Assembly (NCBI GenBank): GCA_002633005.1
Contig: NMRA01000302.1
Location: 191,822-254,822 of the forward strand
Direction: 5' to 3'
Source: Phoronis australis
Lineage: Eukaryota > Animalia > Phoronida
DNA length: 63,001 nt
Shown here: piece by piece, positions 26,501 through 41,500 of the stretch
Layout: every line of letters begins with the position of its first letter
Position numbering within the stretch: the stretch's first letter is position 1
Position numbers and translations under genes: made by a program
The notes under the pieces: model-generated
Seen by the model: the letters and a program-made list of their open reading frames with translations, nothing else
Told to the model about the DNA's origin: nothing
Database searches by the model: none

Positions 26501-29451
26501 CAATACTCCTTAAAGTAGAACTCACTTTTGATATTTTCTGTTTTTGTTTTAATCTAGAACGAACTCACATGTTTATTTTTTGCTCACACTTAAAAGGTTT
26601 ACCTTGGACGGAACATGGGTTAATAACCGTTTTGATTAACACTAAGTTAGTGCTCGCGGTCGAGGTCAGAAATCACATTCAATGCCGTGAGATAGCTTTT
26701 GCAAGAACTCACAATAACCTCCTTTCTGAACTGGCTGGTTTGTATCTTCCTCAGTAGGTTGTCGTGTAGGTCGAGGTGGGCTTGTGTTTCTTGTGGGGAT
26801 TATCACTTCACCGGATCGAACACCCGACAGGGTCCTGCGCAGCACGAATCCGTGGCCTCCCTTTAAGCGTTGCTCAGCTACACATCTGCTTACGGAATAT
26901 ATTTATGACAAAGAAGGTGATAATGTATCGCATATCGATTTTAATTGTCTTTGTGAATTTGGAGTCATATTGACTAAGAACATCAACCTTGATGCTTTGA
27001 GATCCATAACAGAGGGCTAAATTAAATGTGTGATAAACAAAATGGTTCAATAGCGGGATAACCGCAATGAAAGGTACAGTTACAGGCATTATTGCTTCTT
27101 TTTGCGTGAATTTTATCTTTCACAAAATCATGGTATTTGCTTTAATGAAATGGTTACAGTACTAAGCTCAGAATGCTTCCATGTCAGCCAAAACCGATAT
27201 CGACTTTCTAAAACCGCTCTGAGGTGGTGGCATGTTACAACTATTATTAAACTCTCTTGGTCTATTTACACCGACTTCTTGTCTCTTTACATGTACATTG
27301 TCACTATGACAGTGTAAATAGACAAGAAGTCAATGTAAATGGATCAAGAGATTTTAATGATAGTTGTAAATCCGACATCTTTTCAATATATAGTTGAGTT
27401 CCAGCTCTTTACCGCAATTTTTAAAAAGAAAAACCTGACTGAGTGTACTGTGCATTGATGCAAATAGATAAATTTCATATTATTTATGTGAATTAAAAGA
27501 ACATTATTTATTTTAGTGATATCTTTAGAGTGACGAAACTCATTCCGGGTTCTAAATTGGTGAAAACAAAGTAAAAGTAACTGTTTATGAACAAACCCTG
27601 GGCATTTGGATTGGAATTACAGTACAACTACTGCAGAATTCAATTAAGTGGAAATATCCCTTTGCTCAGGAGAATTTTTATTAAGGCACCGACAGGGGTC
27701 GTTTTTAGTGATTTATGTGAAATATGTGATGCCGCAGCAGCTGCTACAAACGAAATACTGTCTGTACTTATACATATAGGAGAATTAAATCAGAAGGTGA
27801 TGTGATGACTTCAAGGTAGAACAGTGAGAAAAGATAACAAAAGATTTAATGTGTACACAACTCAAATAGTATTGCAAACCTGTATGAAGTATTTTAATTG
27901 TTTTCTCAGTCACTAAGCCTTAGAACGACTCAGACATGCAAGAAATTCTTCTATGATTGTGAAAAAGACGTATGGGTACGCAATAGGCTAATATCCCTTA
28001 ATTGTGTGATTGAAACTTTGTAGACGTTGAAAAACACGGTTTGTTATTATGACCTCAGTCTAACGATCGAGGGTAACTACTATAATTCAAAGAACTTTAC
28101 GCTAAACATTCGAGTTTGGACTTCTACCGGGTACCAGCAACATCAGCCTTTTAAGTCGTGTAGTCCGAAAGTTAACTTTTGCTAAAGAACTGATATGAAC
28201 ACGTGAGCATTTTCTTAATTGCGCTGACAATTACACTGCCGTAAAATGCGATGAGTCGGAGGTTTGTTTACATCAATAAAGCAAATATAAAACATATACA
28301 AATAATAAATCAAAAACAGTACCTATAATCGTTTTCCACTTTTTGTGGGGTTTCTTTGGATATAATGACGGTCCAGCCCTGGGTGTAGATCGTCACGTTG
28401 TTAAGAAGCTTTACGATTTCTGATCGCCTGTCAATTTCATACAGTTTCACGGAATGATGTCCTGAAATGAAACATTCAAGCAGTCGCCAGGTATCGACTT
28501 AAGTAGCGTCACGAACCAATCCGACGGAAGAGTGTGGACAGGTGATGTAAACAATGACTAATCGACGTTTTTCTTTTCATAAGAGATATTGTCCTTTTTT
28601 CGCCAAAATGATTTTTTGTCTTTGTTGTTGAATGGGATACTTTTTTAAATTATTAGCTTTGACAAGAGGTATAAAACAATAAGGCTCGTGACATTGTCAT
28701 TTTATTATAAATGGCAAAAATTCGCCGTTGTTCAGCTGTTTGGTGTACCCACATGCTATTTTTATGATATTTGCCCATTTGGCAGTTTGTACGCATTTGG
28801 TACTTGGTATCAAACTTGTCGTTTTGCTCGACCCAGTTGGTAGGCAATCGGCCAATACCCATGGTACCTTTTATCAAATAATTAATTTTAGAGCCGTGAC
28901 CCTGTACTTCCCAATTCAACGTAAAATAAATACATTGCATTATAGTTGTCTTGTTTTATTTGTCCCTAATAAATACGCTTAAATACCTTAAGGTATTGTG
29001 AGTGAGGTTTACCTAGACTAGCAGAGAGGGTGGCTGTCACATTTTCAGCTCTATTGCGCGCTGGGGCTGATGTCAGAAAAATCTTTTTCTCGTTTTAAGA
29101 TGACGTAACACGTTTTTAACCATTTAAAAGATGCTATAGGTTATTGCATCAATCAGACTGCCCTATACTCTAACAGTTTTACTGTAAGAATAGATTTTTT
29201 CATTATCAAACCAGTAAAGCCCAGGAAACTTAGCCAAAACTGCTTACGGTGGATTAGAGAAAGCCGTCAACCTCGCTGGTGACAATTTTTACGACACTAT
29301 GTTCACCCTTGTCTAATCCTTATAATTATGGGAAATTCATGTTTGTTTATCATGGCAACCTATCTAAAAGGAACTCTCTCGCATTGAAGAGAGAGAGAGA
29401 AGAAGGGCTGGTGGGGGGTATCGAGGGCCTGAGAGAGGGCCAGGAAGCGAA

Positions 29452-29530
<79 letters not shown>

Positions 29531-32500
29531 TGATATACCAAGTGTGTCTATTTTTCCTACCTGGACCGAAATCAGCCTGGCCTGGCATAAAATGAGCTTT
29601 ACACACAATCGTCAGCGTTTTGAAGTCCTTCCTCGTGTCCCAGCCTTTCGAAGCTAACTGTGAAATACGGGGTGCCACTGAAATAGGTCCTTGAATGAAT
29701 ACGTCGTCTACACCATAGTGGGATTTTTCCAAGATAAGCCAATAGGCGTATATTCCGAAAATCAAAATTTTCAGGCGTTTTATTAACACCAAATTAACGA
29801 CCGGTCTTTGCAACACCAAGTGAACGACCATGGGCGTTTAATCGGCATAATTTTCCTGTGGGGTTATCTACGGAAAATCCCGGTAACAACAAGAAAGAGA
29901 AAAAAGAACAACTGTATTTTACATTTCCACGCGCAGAGTAAAAATCTGCGACAACAGTACTCTGCACTTGCACGCGTTTGCATAGACTTGCTTCTGCAGA
30001 ATCTCTAATTTTGATGAGAATACCACGTGTCCATAGTCTCTACATGATTAGACAAGGAAATGTGATGAACGGCTGCAAGATGCAACGCACTCGGTGGTAA
30101 AACTATCTCGTGGTGAGAAAACTCGTCAAAATCAACTGCTCTTATTGAGCATACACGGTGATGTCTCGCAGAATCTCACAAGATGTTGCTCTTCCAGCAA
30201 GACATTGCTGTTGCGTTATTGAATTTGACAGCAATTTTCTGTGGTTACAAAAACAGACATGATCGGGAACAGGCTCAACAGGTTTACGCGCCTGGGGCCT
30301 GTTTCACTTCAATGTATGATAACCGAAAGTTTTGGCGTAACAGCGAATTTCGAACTTCGTAATGCACGTTGCAGCTAAGATATCAGTCGCATCTTAGTTT
30401 GGCGTTATTTTAGCCTATGATACGAAGACGGGTGAAGGAAGACAAAGGAAAAAATCATTTTTATTTCCGTTTCGGTTGGGCTGAAATCTGGAAGTTTTTT
30501 TCATGAATAATGTGATAATGCTGTGCGTGAACTTGGAATCCTGCTTAATCTCAATATCTCGTATGCGTGAACTTGGAATTAAATATTCTTTGAGGCAAAA
30601 AGGTGTCACTTTTGTTCAGTGAAAAGAATTTGTGGCCTCGCGGTCAACCATTTTCTCCTTTAACGTAACTTGTGTCGCTGAAACGGAGGAATGCATGTAT
30701 ATGAATAGCTAAATCGATTATTGTTAGGTGAAACTGATCGCCTGTAGTTGAAAAAGTTGGTTAAAATTGACATTATTTTATTCAAATGTATTTTGATTTA
30801 GTGCAGTGCAAATTTTTATGAACATGAGCGTGATTATTTGAGTGAACCTGTCAAGTTCCCTCGATTATTCCACGTTCACCAACAGTCACTCCGACCCGCT
30901 TAATCTTGAGATTAAGCAGGATTCCAAGTTCACGTACAGCAATAACACCGTCCGTATACTATTCGGTCGGTCGTCATTTATCGAAAATGAGCTCTCTGTT
31001 CTATCTATGTTTGGTCATCCAATTAATTTTCGAATAAACAGGTGAAAAATAAACTCATAGTTTCAATGCAGTACAAACAAATTGAACTCAGCAAAGAATT
31101 AAAATGTAGTTATCTTTATAGACTTTTTCCACTTGAAAACCGTTTAAGTCAACTTCTAACACTACTGTTTACCGAACAAGCGGATCTTCACGTACGTAGG
31201 CATTTGTGTATGTCCTTGTCAAATTTGTCCCACTTGTTGTTTCCAAGACACGTGGCTTCGATGGCCTGTTTGTTCATAACATCGCCGTTGATTGCGAAGC
31301 CAGTTACGCAATCATGCGTTACCTTGATACCCTTGGCGACCTTTCCCGAGCGAGACGTCTTGTAACCAACGTAACTATCGATTTCACACATGTCCAAACT
31401 CGAAGTGACTTCTGCGAGAAAAATGAGAGAGTCATATCAAATAAAAAACATAAGATTTTGAAAAAAAAATTTCAGAGGGTCAAATTTCAGACCAGAGCTC
31501 GAGTTTACATATGTATACTTGTGCTGCTGTAGTGAAAGAGGTCTAAAATTTGATAGCCTCTTCGCGACATGTCACTTGTTCAATGCACTGTTTGAAAAAA
31601 TTAAGAAAAAAAAATATTGAAAAGTGAACCTGAGCCCGTGGTCTGATTTCCAAACTTGAAATTGAACTCAAAATTATGTTTACTGTTTTCGTCAGGCTTT
31701 CACGTTAGGCCTTGGAGATGACCAACAATTTTGATGTCGGCAGATCAAAAGCAATGGTCACACGCTGTATCTATGCAAGGATTTCCTACTCTTTCATTCA
31801 ACAACCGGTGTTTTGGAAATAAATATTGTTTATTTTGAAGTTTCATTTAGCCAGTAGGTGTCTAGGATGTTACATGTATGTATCAGTCACAATTTCAAAG
31901 ACCACATGCAACAATCACGAAGCAGTTGCGGCAAAAATTATAAAAGAGAAACAATGAGAATTTCTCCGTTCTTGCCTCACTGACTACTCACTTTAGTTGT
32001 TACTATGTTGCTACGGTAAGACAGTAGACTCTCGAGCACAATCGCGAAACATTTCATATGTTGTTGCTTTGAGTTTCTCGTACCCAAGAATGACCTGCTA
32101 TTTATTCAACGAGAAACGTGTTAAAGTCAACGCCATAACTACATCTACAAAAACATTTATGTCAGCAATTCCTACCCTTCAGAGAATGACATGCGCACAC
32201 TAATTAGCAGATATCTACAGAAACGTAGAGACCGGTCACATTGTCTTTTATCGATTTTAGAAAATCGTTCAACTGCATGGGTCTGGCGATAGAGTCCTAA
32301 GTACAACATGTCACGTTTCGCAATATGAGGTAAATTGTAAGAAATTCTGAACAGAACGTATAAAAATATACAATCTAGCTTGCATCGTGCTGATTGAGGA
32401 CGGTTAGGTAACCGACTTATTTCATTTGCCTCTCCTTATCTTCCTCTTGTATGTGTGTACATATTTGTCAATCAAACTTCTATTTACCGCTGTTTGCAGA

Positions 32501-35500
32501 TGACTTTCATTCAGTTGTTGAAGCTGTTATTGCTGCATTTTACGGAAACTATTTGTCAAATTAGAACAGTGATGTACCAAATGGAACCTTTGTCATAAAA
32601 ATTGTAGTTTTCCAAAAAGAGAGCTAATTGAGAAATTATGAAAAGTGATATTTTGTAAAACGGTGCAAAAATCTTCAGGGTGAGTTTATTCCCAAATCTG
32701 TATTTACGCATGCAAGCGCAAATGAACACTGGTGTGCCACTCAAATCATATTATGGAGGTTTATCATTGACCCTAGATCCAAGGGGTTGGGTTAAACCTC
32801 AACATGAATATTTAAAAGTCAAAATTTGGAAATTTCAGGGTTGAGGGTTAAGTCGAACATGGGCATTAATCCTGAGGCTTGCAGGAACTCCAAAAATAGA
32901 AGTTTTCAAAACTGCTTGTAGCATTAACAACATTGTATTGAAGACCAGAAACAAAAATAATGTTATACATTAACTTCAACGTGAGCGACAGAGGGCACCA
33001 GTACAGTTCTGTGTCAGAACGTGTGGCACGACAACAGTTCACTTACCATCAGGTCGAGTTTTCCCGAATACTGCAGACATCTCACTCCAGTGTGGATTGG
33101 TGTTCATGTTTATTTTACCACGGACCACGACCATGTATTCTGTGTCAGGGACGAGATTTGCAATAACATGCGATATTGTCTTGGAGCCCTTAACCGAAGT
33201 CTCGGTGATATTAACTTTCTGCAAAGTGAGAGTTTGTAGTCAGATTTTTGACAGATTTTGTAAAAAATATTTCAACCTCAGCAGATCCAACTTGCCCGTC
33301 ATCCAACTTAAAAGTAGTAATCAGAGGGAACAAAAGAACGTTACTTAAGGTTTATGATGAAAATGTTTACATCTTCGTTGGTAATCAGTTTGCAACTAGG
33401 CTAATTATATTTGTGGACAAGAACAGCTGTCATTCATCTCAAAATTGACTTTAAGTCCAGTCATTATAAATTCCTGAGATCAGAATACAGCCTAGTCTGT
33501 TGTGAAGCGTTCTTTCGGTTGTTAGAGCTCAAAATCATATAATCCTTTGGTCAACAAAACAGAAATGATTACATCTTTTCCTAAAACGATTCCAAAAAAC
33601 TTTTCATGGTGAATTTAATATCGGAATTCAAACTGATCGAAAAATCTCCAGTTTTAGTCCACAATTGATTGACTTATTTTGTCCAGCATTTTATTGGCCT
33701 GAAGTCATCGCTTATGTAATAATCTATATTTAAACTTGTACTAAATCTTGAGGAAAGTCGAGACCCTGCAAGGTTTATCTGACGAACTGGGATCAAAAAG
33801 TTATAAAAAGACCTTAGGTGAAAGGACTGCCAGTGTCGGTCAATCAAAGACCCGTTTCTGGGACAGTGTGACATGGGCTTAAGTCCAATCCAGACCAAAC
33901 CTGCTCAGCTCAGACAAATTAAATCCATTATAATAACCAGGGCCGGATAAAGGTTTTGAGTAAGGGGGCCAGGGCAGAATATTAGCCAGGATTTTTCCCA
34001 TCAGACATTTGCACCCCCGAACTGCGTAATGGAATCTGGGAGAATTTTAGGGGGGCCATGGCCCCCTTGGACCCCCTCTAAATCCGCCATCGATAACGCA
34101 CAACATTTCGTACCTCAACATCAGAGCTCATCTTGTTACGGTAGGAGACCTCAAACACCATTCCGTTAGTTACTTTTAAAGTTACGTCCATGCCATGCGG
34201 GGGCCTCCACGTCACGTTCAATTTTGTACTCGGGTCACCGATAGCGGGTCTTGCACTTAGTTCTTGAACAGGGTCGGGCTTGACTTGAATAAAATTTCAC
34301 AACAGATCTTTATTAAAATAGATAAATGTAAAATTCTGTGTGATTTCGTGCATAGAAACAATACTCCCAGACAATGTCAACGTGAGCGGAGAGGAGAATT
34401 ACACGTAGTGTGAATGTAACAAATGCTTCGAAACCAAAGAGCTACTGTACTAAGAATTTTCAAGAGAAAGTGGTTGAAAGGAGGTGTCCGCAAAGAGGCA
34501 TATTGGACGAAAGTCAACGATCGATTTTTCCCCAAACTGGATGGTTAAGTTTGATTCCTGTTTGAGTGTCGCTATCTGGAAGACTGTGCAAAACCAAGAA
34601 TCTAAAAATATAGAAAACTTAAACTGAATAAAGTATATATTTTCTGACCATAGAATGTATTTGTTGACATTAGCCCAATTTCACACCGATTGAGTCATGT
34701 GACCATGTTGCCGTTGATAGCGATAGATGAATAATTGTAAAAATAATGTCTGGAAACAGTTTGATTTGAATATTCAAAATGAAATCTCAAAAACGGTGAA
34801 TCAGTTTAATTTTCGACAACACTTTAATGCAAAGTGGGTCATTTTATAAATTGATTGGCACTGGACAAGCCCACTGGAGTGGGAAAACATCTGGGAATCT
34901 CCGGCCATACTGTATGTGACAAACATGCCAAGATCCTGGCTAAAGAGAAGAACTGATTCTCAATGAAGGTTAAATAAGCCATATATATCAAGACCAATAA
35001 GCCCAGCATGAATCGAGATTAAGGATTGCAGCTTCTCTACGATGTTATTAACTACTTCCGGAGAACAGAACGGCGGAAAACCAGGACGTCTCCCGTCATC
35101 ATTCGTTGATAAAGGACTGTAGAATACAGTCCGATACGTTCGAACTCTTAATTCTTCGGTCTCTGAGTAAGTTGGTTTTACTTATACCATTTTATCAATT
35201 GTGGTCAGCGTTTCAGAGAACAGTACACATCGTAATGTCTGCGAATTTCGGTTTACATGTACTTCGACCAATAATTACTGAGATATAATGATGAAATTTT
35301 GATCTTTTCTCTGGGGTTACTTATTGCCTTAGAAGTATAACCATTGTCTTAGAAACATAAGGTGTTTTACAAACAATATCAGCCTACTTTCTGTATCCAT
35401 AGATTGTAACGACCTAAGATAAAAGGGAGTGCTTCGAGATACCATAAATGGCGTGCTTAAGCGATTTTGGTGCCTGTGAAAGGCGCATGTGCACAGTTAA

Positions 35501-38500
35501 GTTTGCGCGTGTCACCATAAAATTGCACCACTGTCGCGAAATTGCGCTCAAACTCCGGCCAAAAGATAAAGGTGTCTTACTTATCTCTGGGTTGGCTTTA
35601 ACCTCGTACAGCTTGGGTCCAAGCGAGTGTTGACCTCGTGTGACCTTAACTATGAAGCAGTATGTGCGATGTTTGTGGAAAAGATGTGGATGCTTGTAGA
35701 CAGTGTAGCTGGAGAACTTGGAGAAGTATATCCTGAAGACAGTGAATTCTCCAGTCACCACCTCTTCGGCTTCGATCGCCTTCGAGTTGTCCACAGAGTC
35801 AGACATGTTTGCCAGACAGCTGTTTCTGCAAGCAGACGCAGTGAATGATACGTCGCGTTTATTTATACCGGTGCTTCCAGAAAGGTTGACATCTCCCTCC
35901 AAGACATCGTAAGGTGCTAAAATTAATCACTGTGATGTTTGGGAGCTTCTCCGATGAGTTCGCACAACATTAATACTAATAAACCAGTGTGTTTTTGTAA
36001 AATTAGACAGCTACACTGGCCTTTTAGTACATGATTCTTAAGGTTTTGTGGTAGAATTTAAGAGTCGCCTCAAAAGCAAATGAATTAATTATGAAACACG
36101 GCGTTCTGCTTTTTAGTTTCGCAATTAATTTTTAAAATATTATCGTAAATAAATTTTGTTGATTGTTTGTGCCATGCATTGGAAATACTGAAACACATAG
36201 AAGTTGGACACAAAGTTCTCTAAAGTGTTATTTATTTGAGTAAAAAACTGTTCTCACCAGTAGTCGGATGAAAAACGATTTCTGGGTTGCAAATTATTGA
36301 CTGGTAGTTAATTCCTTTGGACATTATTCGGCACATTCCTGGTATCTACCAATAACGAATTGAGAGTTCTTTCGACCAATTTGATAACGCTAAGTAGTGC
36401 AAAGTCGTTGTTTTTTGTTTGAACGGGTTTGTTGCCGCTTTAATAGTAACAAAATTCATAAACCAGCAAAGAACTCTGAAACAAACAGATTGAAGCACAC
36501 TTGTCAAGATCCAATTAGTTGCATAGGCGGATTTAGGGGGGGGGNCCCCCCCCCTTGGCTGCCGCAAAAAATAAAACAGCAAGAGCGTAGGGAAATGTTG
36601 AGTTAATTAATTAACCCGGGTAATTAAAATTATACGGATGAAAGAATATTTGGCGCTTTCTGGGTAATGTACATTCATTGTATTCTGAAGATTTCGTAAT
36701 AAACATTAAAAAAAAGAATATTTGAATGTGTGCAGTTTTAGTCTTGTCAAATTCGGAGCACGGAGCATTCGTAACGGAACTATGGCTAAGTATAGGCTCT
36801 CCCTACACTCTATCGCAGTGCTAAACGAAATAGGTGGCGCTGTGTCAGAGGGTAGGCTCTCCCGCGATATCCCAGGCGACAGGCAGTGGCGCTGCGCACT
36901 ATGACTCCGTTTCCGTCGTCTACTCCACTGTGCAATGAAGAAATTTTACTTCATTTGTTAAAGAAAATGGAATCTGAGTAATGGTGAAAAAACAGAAGCT
37001 GCTGGTAAGATGTGAATTTTAATCGAAGCCTTAGTGAATCACTCAGAAACTCGCAATTTACTCTCTTTGTCAAACCTTATCTTAAGACGATTTCCAAAGC
37101 AATCCCGTCATTATTGCCAACACGAAAAACGGATTTGGTCTTTTGGGCATTTGAAGACTATTTTAAATACAACAAATTTGTTAAGAACCGATTGCACAAA
37201 TATATAACGTGTAATAAGCATTGCAAAAAGCAGTAGGTTTCGCGCGCAAACGCTGTGGACCATAAACAAGTAAGTCTTTTAGTATCACATTGGGAGTAAA
37301 AGCGTGGTGGTGTAGTGGCAAAGCATGCGCCCTCTCTCTAGTAGGTCGAGAGATCGAGTCGTAAGCACTTGCATTTTTTTCTGTTTGACACGTTCTCCGT
37401 GTTTTTTGTTTGCCTCTTGGATAATACTTCAGGAATCAAGGAAAATACTTGATTTTTAGAGGAAAAAAACAGAAAAATTTCCTGGCGGGAGGGGGGCAAA
37501 CCCCCCTCCCGACCTCCCCCCATTCGATGCTGTACGCATCTACAATCGTAGGTTGGCGTAAATGCTTACAGCCGTACAAAATGTTGGCCCCCTCCTTGTG
37601 ATCTCCTAGATCCGCCACTGAGTTGTTAAGGACATACAGCCGCGGGTGCGAAAAAAAAAATTGCCACTAGATTGCGCTGCAAGAGTCGGAATGGTGGAAA
37701 ATGATAGTCAACGGTGCTCTTCTCAGTAGGAACAAAACTGTCAATTTTTATAATGATGCTTTGAACGGTTTGTCCCATAGAGAAACGGCTGCCAGAAAAC
37801 AAATTTGAATATAACAAAAATAAAACCACTTGGTGGAACTGAAAACGTCGTCACCAGACACCTATTCACTAAATTTCATGAAAATTCATCAAGAAATTCG
37901 GGTGACACAGATGTAAACGAAAATAACTCAAATTGCCACCAGGGGTGCAGCGGTAGTGGGATTTGTCGTGTTCGTCACATCTCATGTTTGTGGAAAATCC
38001 ATTGCCAGTTTTCAATTAAATCCTGTGAGGTATTTAGGAAATACTGTCGCGTACTCCATACGGAAGCAGGACGTAAGATGCCAGACATAGATGACGGGAA
38101 TAAGCAACCACATATACGATTTGTGCGTACATGGAAATGGTATATCCTAACATCAATCAGCTATTGGAAATAGTTTCTCAAAATTTGACGACTGTGACTA
38201 GATTTGAGCGTTGGTGCTCAAAATGTGAGCGCGGTGGGCCGCCAATACATTACTTCATTACTTGCACAGTTTTTATGGTAGAGATGTAAACTACAAACAC
38301 AAGGTGCATTTTGGATATTCTAATAATACAACGAGCGCTTAAACATGAAAAATAACAGTTCTAACGACTGGAAAAAGATAGTTACAACAACTGCTGAGAA
38401 GTTCAGAGAAGTGTGGCTTTCACTTCTGATGTAACATTGTAATTTCTATAGAAGCAAATATTCTGGCTCGTGTAATTCGTGGTAATCCTTTTAATAATCA

Positions 38501-41500
38501 CATTTTGTGACGTAACACCGCACTATGTAACACAGTAATTCGTCAGTACAATGTGCTACATCTAAAAACACTAAAGTACCCGCGACCCTAAACTGTCGTT
38601 GGATGTCAACCAAATATACCCCGGCTCGTGAGGAGGGACGTCACTTACATGGTTTTGGTGAAATTGACTTGAATGTCCAGGCTAGTGATGTAAGGATAGG
38701 GTAAAACCCACCTACAATCCATGTCGTAGAAATTCTGGGATATACAGTTTGGTTGGCTGGGCAACGAAAGCGGATCTGAAAAACATTACAAAAAATACCC
38801 GTTTAGTGAGCATTCTGCACCACAATGGTTCTCAAACAAAGCTGGTATATATATATGATCTTTTGTTAAACGTTTCATGTAATCTTTTGTCCAACCTCCA
38901 ACTAATTTTTGCCTTTTGTGTGCGCTAAATGATTCGCCTCGATCACGAAGGAATGATTTGAACCCAAGAACATCGAATAATTTTATCTTATTCAATAATC
39001 TGTCGTCTGCCAGTACACTATTTCCGCAGTGAACCGCAAAATACTACCCACACTGCTTTGCTATCCTACCGAATGATTTATGAACTGCTATTAACAATAT
39101 GGTCTATAATGAACGGCGCCATCAAGCATTTGATGTGCCGAGGACTTTGCTGGATACTCTGGGGTAAAGAGTCCAGCACGCTTTCTCGTCCACTTGAGTG
39201 TAACTGCTGTTAGCGTCAGACTTGTGCAATGTCTTGAGACATGATGACGATGATGATGATGATGACAATGACGATGGCGATGAGGATGATGATAATGATA
39301 TAGTTTCCCGGATAGACAAGAACCGGCAGTTCGTGTTTGAGACACCGTTATAAACATTGCATTTCACTGCAAGTCATTTTACGTGCCGAAAAGGGTCTCA
39401 AGTACAACTGACTTGTTTCTTCTTCCCAAGCTCAGCAACTATTTCACATTTGTATAAGGAAAAGTTGATTTTCGTAGTGGCAAGTAGTCAAAATCACATT
39501 TCCTTTGACAAAAGGCAGGCGTGCGTTTAGAAACGCTACGACCTAGGTAAATCAAGCAAATGTCACGTGTTGTCATTAAAAATACACGACCATATCTCAT
39601 TTAATCCCGCGAAGTCTTACTTTTAGTGACGCCTTAGCGTTACTGAACACAAGGCAGCTTCCCAACTGTAAATGACAATATAGGCTTGTACAGGTTGTCT
39701 GGGAATGACGTCACAAGACAGAAGTCGAGAGCGTCTATTTGCAGAGGATGGATTTCAGTAGCTGTCTCGCGGCTAGAAAAATCTAACCAACATCATCTGT
39801 TTTCATTTAAAATAAGTGGCAACTTTCACATAATCTCGCGAAGTTTTATCTTTTAGCGAGGTCCAAGCGTTGTTGAACTCTGCCTAGATGCTGTAGGCCT
39901 ACTGTCATAGACAGATCACTCACGTAGACAGTTAATCAATTCAATTTTCAGAATTTTGAGTAAATTGTCTATTTATCGCCTCAAAATTGCTCTCAAGATG
40001 TTTCTTACCAAAATAGGGCCTTAGTATCGCAGTCACAAAGAAGGAACTGAGAACTGATCTTTTACCATAGAGAAATGCTTAATAATGTCATCGTTTGCAG
40101 GGCTCGACGCTATTCAAATCGCCAGATTGCATTTTGCGACCTAGCCAAACTCCCAGGTTGCATTTTCAAAATCCAGCTCGCATTTTTAAATGCCCGGTCG
40201 CAAAAATTTCCCGCCATTTTTACGCTCCAAAATCGATTTTTTTGGATTACCGAGAAAATGTATAGATATTGCTCTTACCTGCAGCGTTAAATACTGACAA
40301 ATTTCAGATCGCAAAATTAAGTTCGTTCATGCAGGTACGGTATTACTGTTCCTCACGACGGCTAATGAAAGGCCCTCAAGCGCAAGGCAAGTTGCCGACG
40401 TGAAAGTTGAATCAGTGCTCCCTAACTAACACGTGCATTCGAGTAGCTACGTTTGCGATGTGAAAAGGGAGAAAATGTCCGTTGAAAAAGTATCCGCGAT
40501 TTTGCTAGGTCTGACCTGCTACTGGCTGTCATCAAAGTCGTTAAAGATGCAAACTAACTCAGAATGCAAATTCCCTCCACTTTTTGTCCGCAACCCAAAT
40601 TTTGCAACTTAACTCGACGTTTGAAAAACATTTGACAAAAAAAAAACGTGAAACGATGCCCTAACCGAATGACGTATTTGGATGCGCAGGAACAATTCAG
40701 TGCAAATTTCATAACAAAAATGTGGTACTTATGCTGCACTCAACAATTCGTTTTCTATGAAATGAATAGCCTCGAAATAATTCCCGAGTGCGTGCGGGAT
40801 TTCATCGCGTAATTCGAGTTTGCTCCTCAATACCTTCTAAGTATGGGGAAAATAGGTCAGTCACGAAACGACACGCATGCCACTAGTGTTAAGTTTCTTT
40901 CGCAGGTACGAAACAAAGCCGGGATTTGGTTTTTACATATTGAGAAAAGATGTTTTCGAAAACTGAATTTGTTTTACAAAATGAGAGTGACACACTATAT
41001 AGGCTGCGTGTCAATTTTAAATCACGCGCGGTCGTTTGTCGTGCGCTATGATGGGCGCTAGCCTGAACCGTGGGAGCTTAATGGGAAATTCTCAAAGGTT
41101 GAGGGGGAACGCTTAGTAAATCAGTGACCGCTTATTACAAAACACTTCAAAGGTAGGGAATAGGCTTGTGCGTGAGCATTGTCGTTAACCTGAGTGTTTG
41201 CGTTAATAAGATATTAAACGACTGCAATGGTAAGAAACGTTATAATATTACAATTTTGCGAGAAAAACTCCATCGAGTATAGGGGGGACTTTCTGGATAT
41301 CGTTACCACCTACATTATACCCTTTTTAGCCACCCGGAATAATTTTGTTTTTAATTGCCCACTTCATCCGAAACAAGAATGTTTCTAGTGGAGTCTGAAC
41401 ATTTTACGGCGACGGTGGTCCGGGGAGCGAAACCTTGCCAGAGAGAAGAGAAGAATAAAAAATCGTTGACCACATTTTCACATCTAGTACCCGTTTAGTT

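Noticed and set aside
29279-29541. Poly-RE and poly-SL ORFs
   Set aside because: Translations of the (GA)n microsatellite.
35826-35916. Upstream extension of the FN3 exon (open frame with a ttttag acceptor)
   Set aside because: Its phase-1 acceptor is incompatible with the phase-2 end of exon 38775-38649, whereas the acceptor at 35825 fits. Could only be used in an alternative isoform.
37302-37362. tRNA gene (A-box TGGTGTAGTGG and B-box-like GATCGAGTC)
   Set aside because: No complete cloverleaf; at most a decayed tRNA-derived SINE head.
37800-38140. Second HINE-like fragment with one CTCF-like motif (GCCACCAGGGGTGC)
   Set aside because: Termini could not be defined with confidence.
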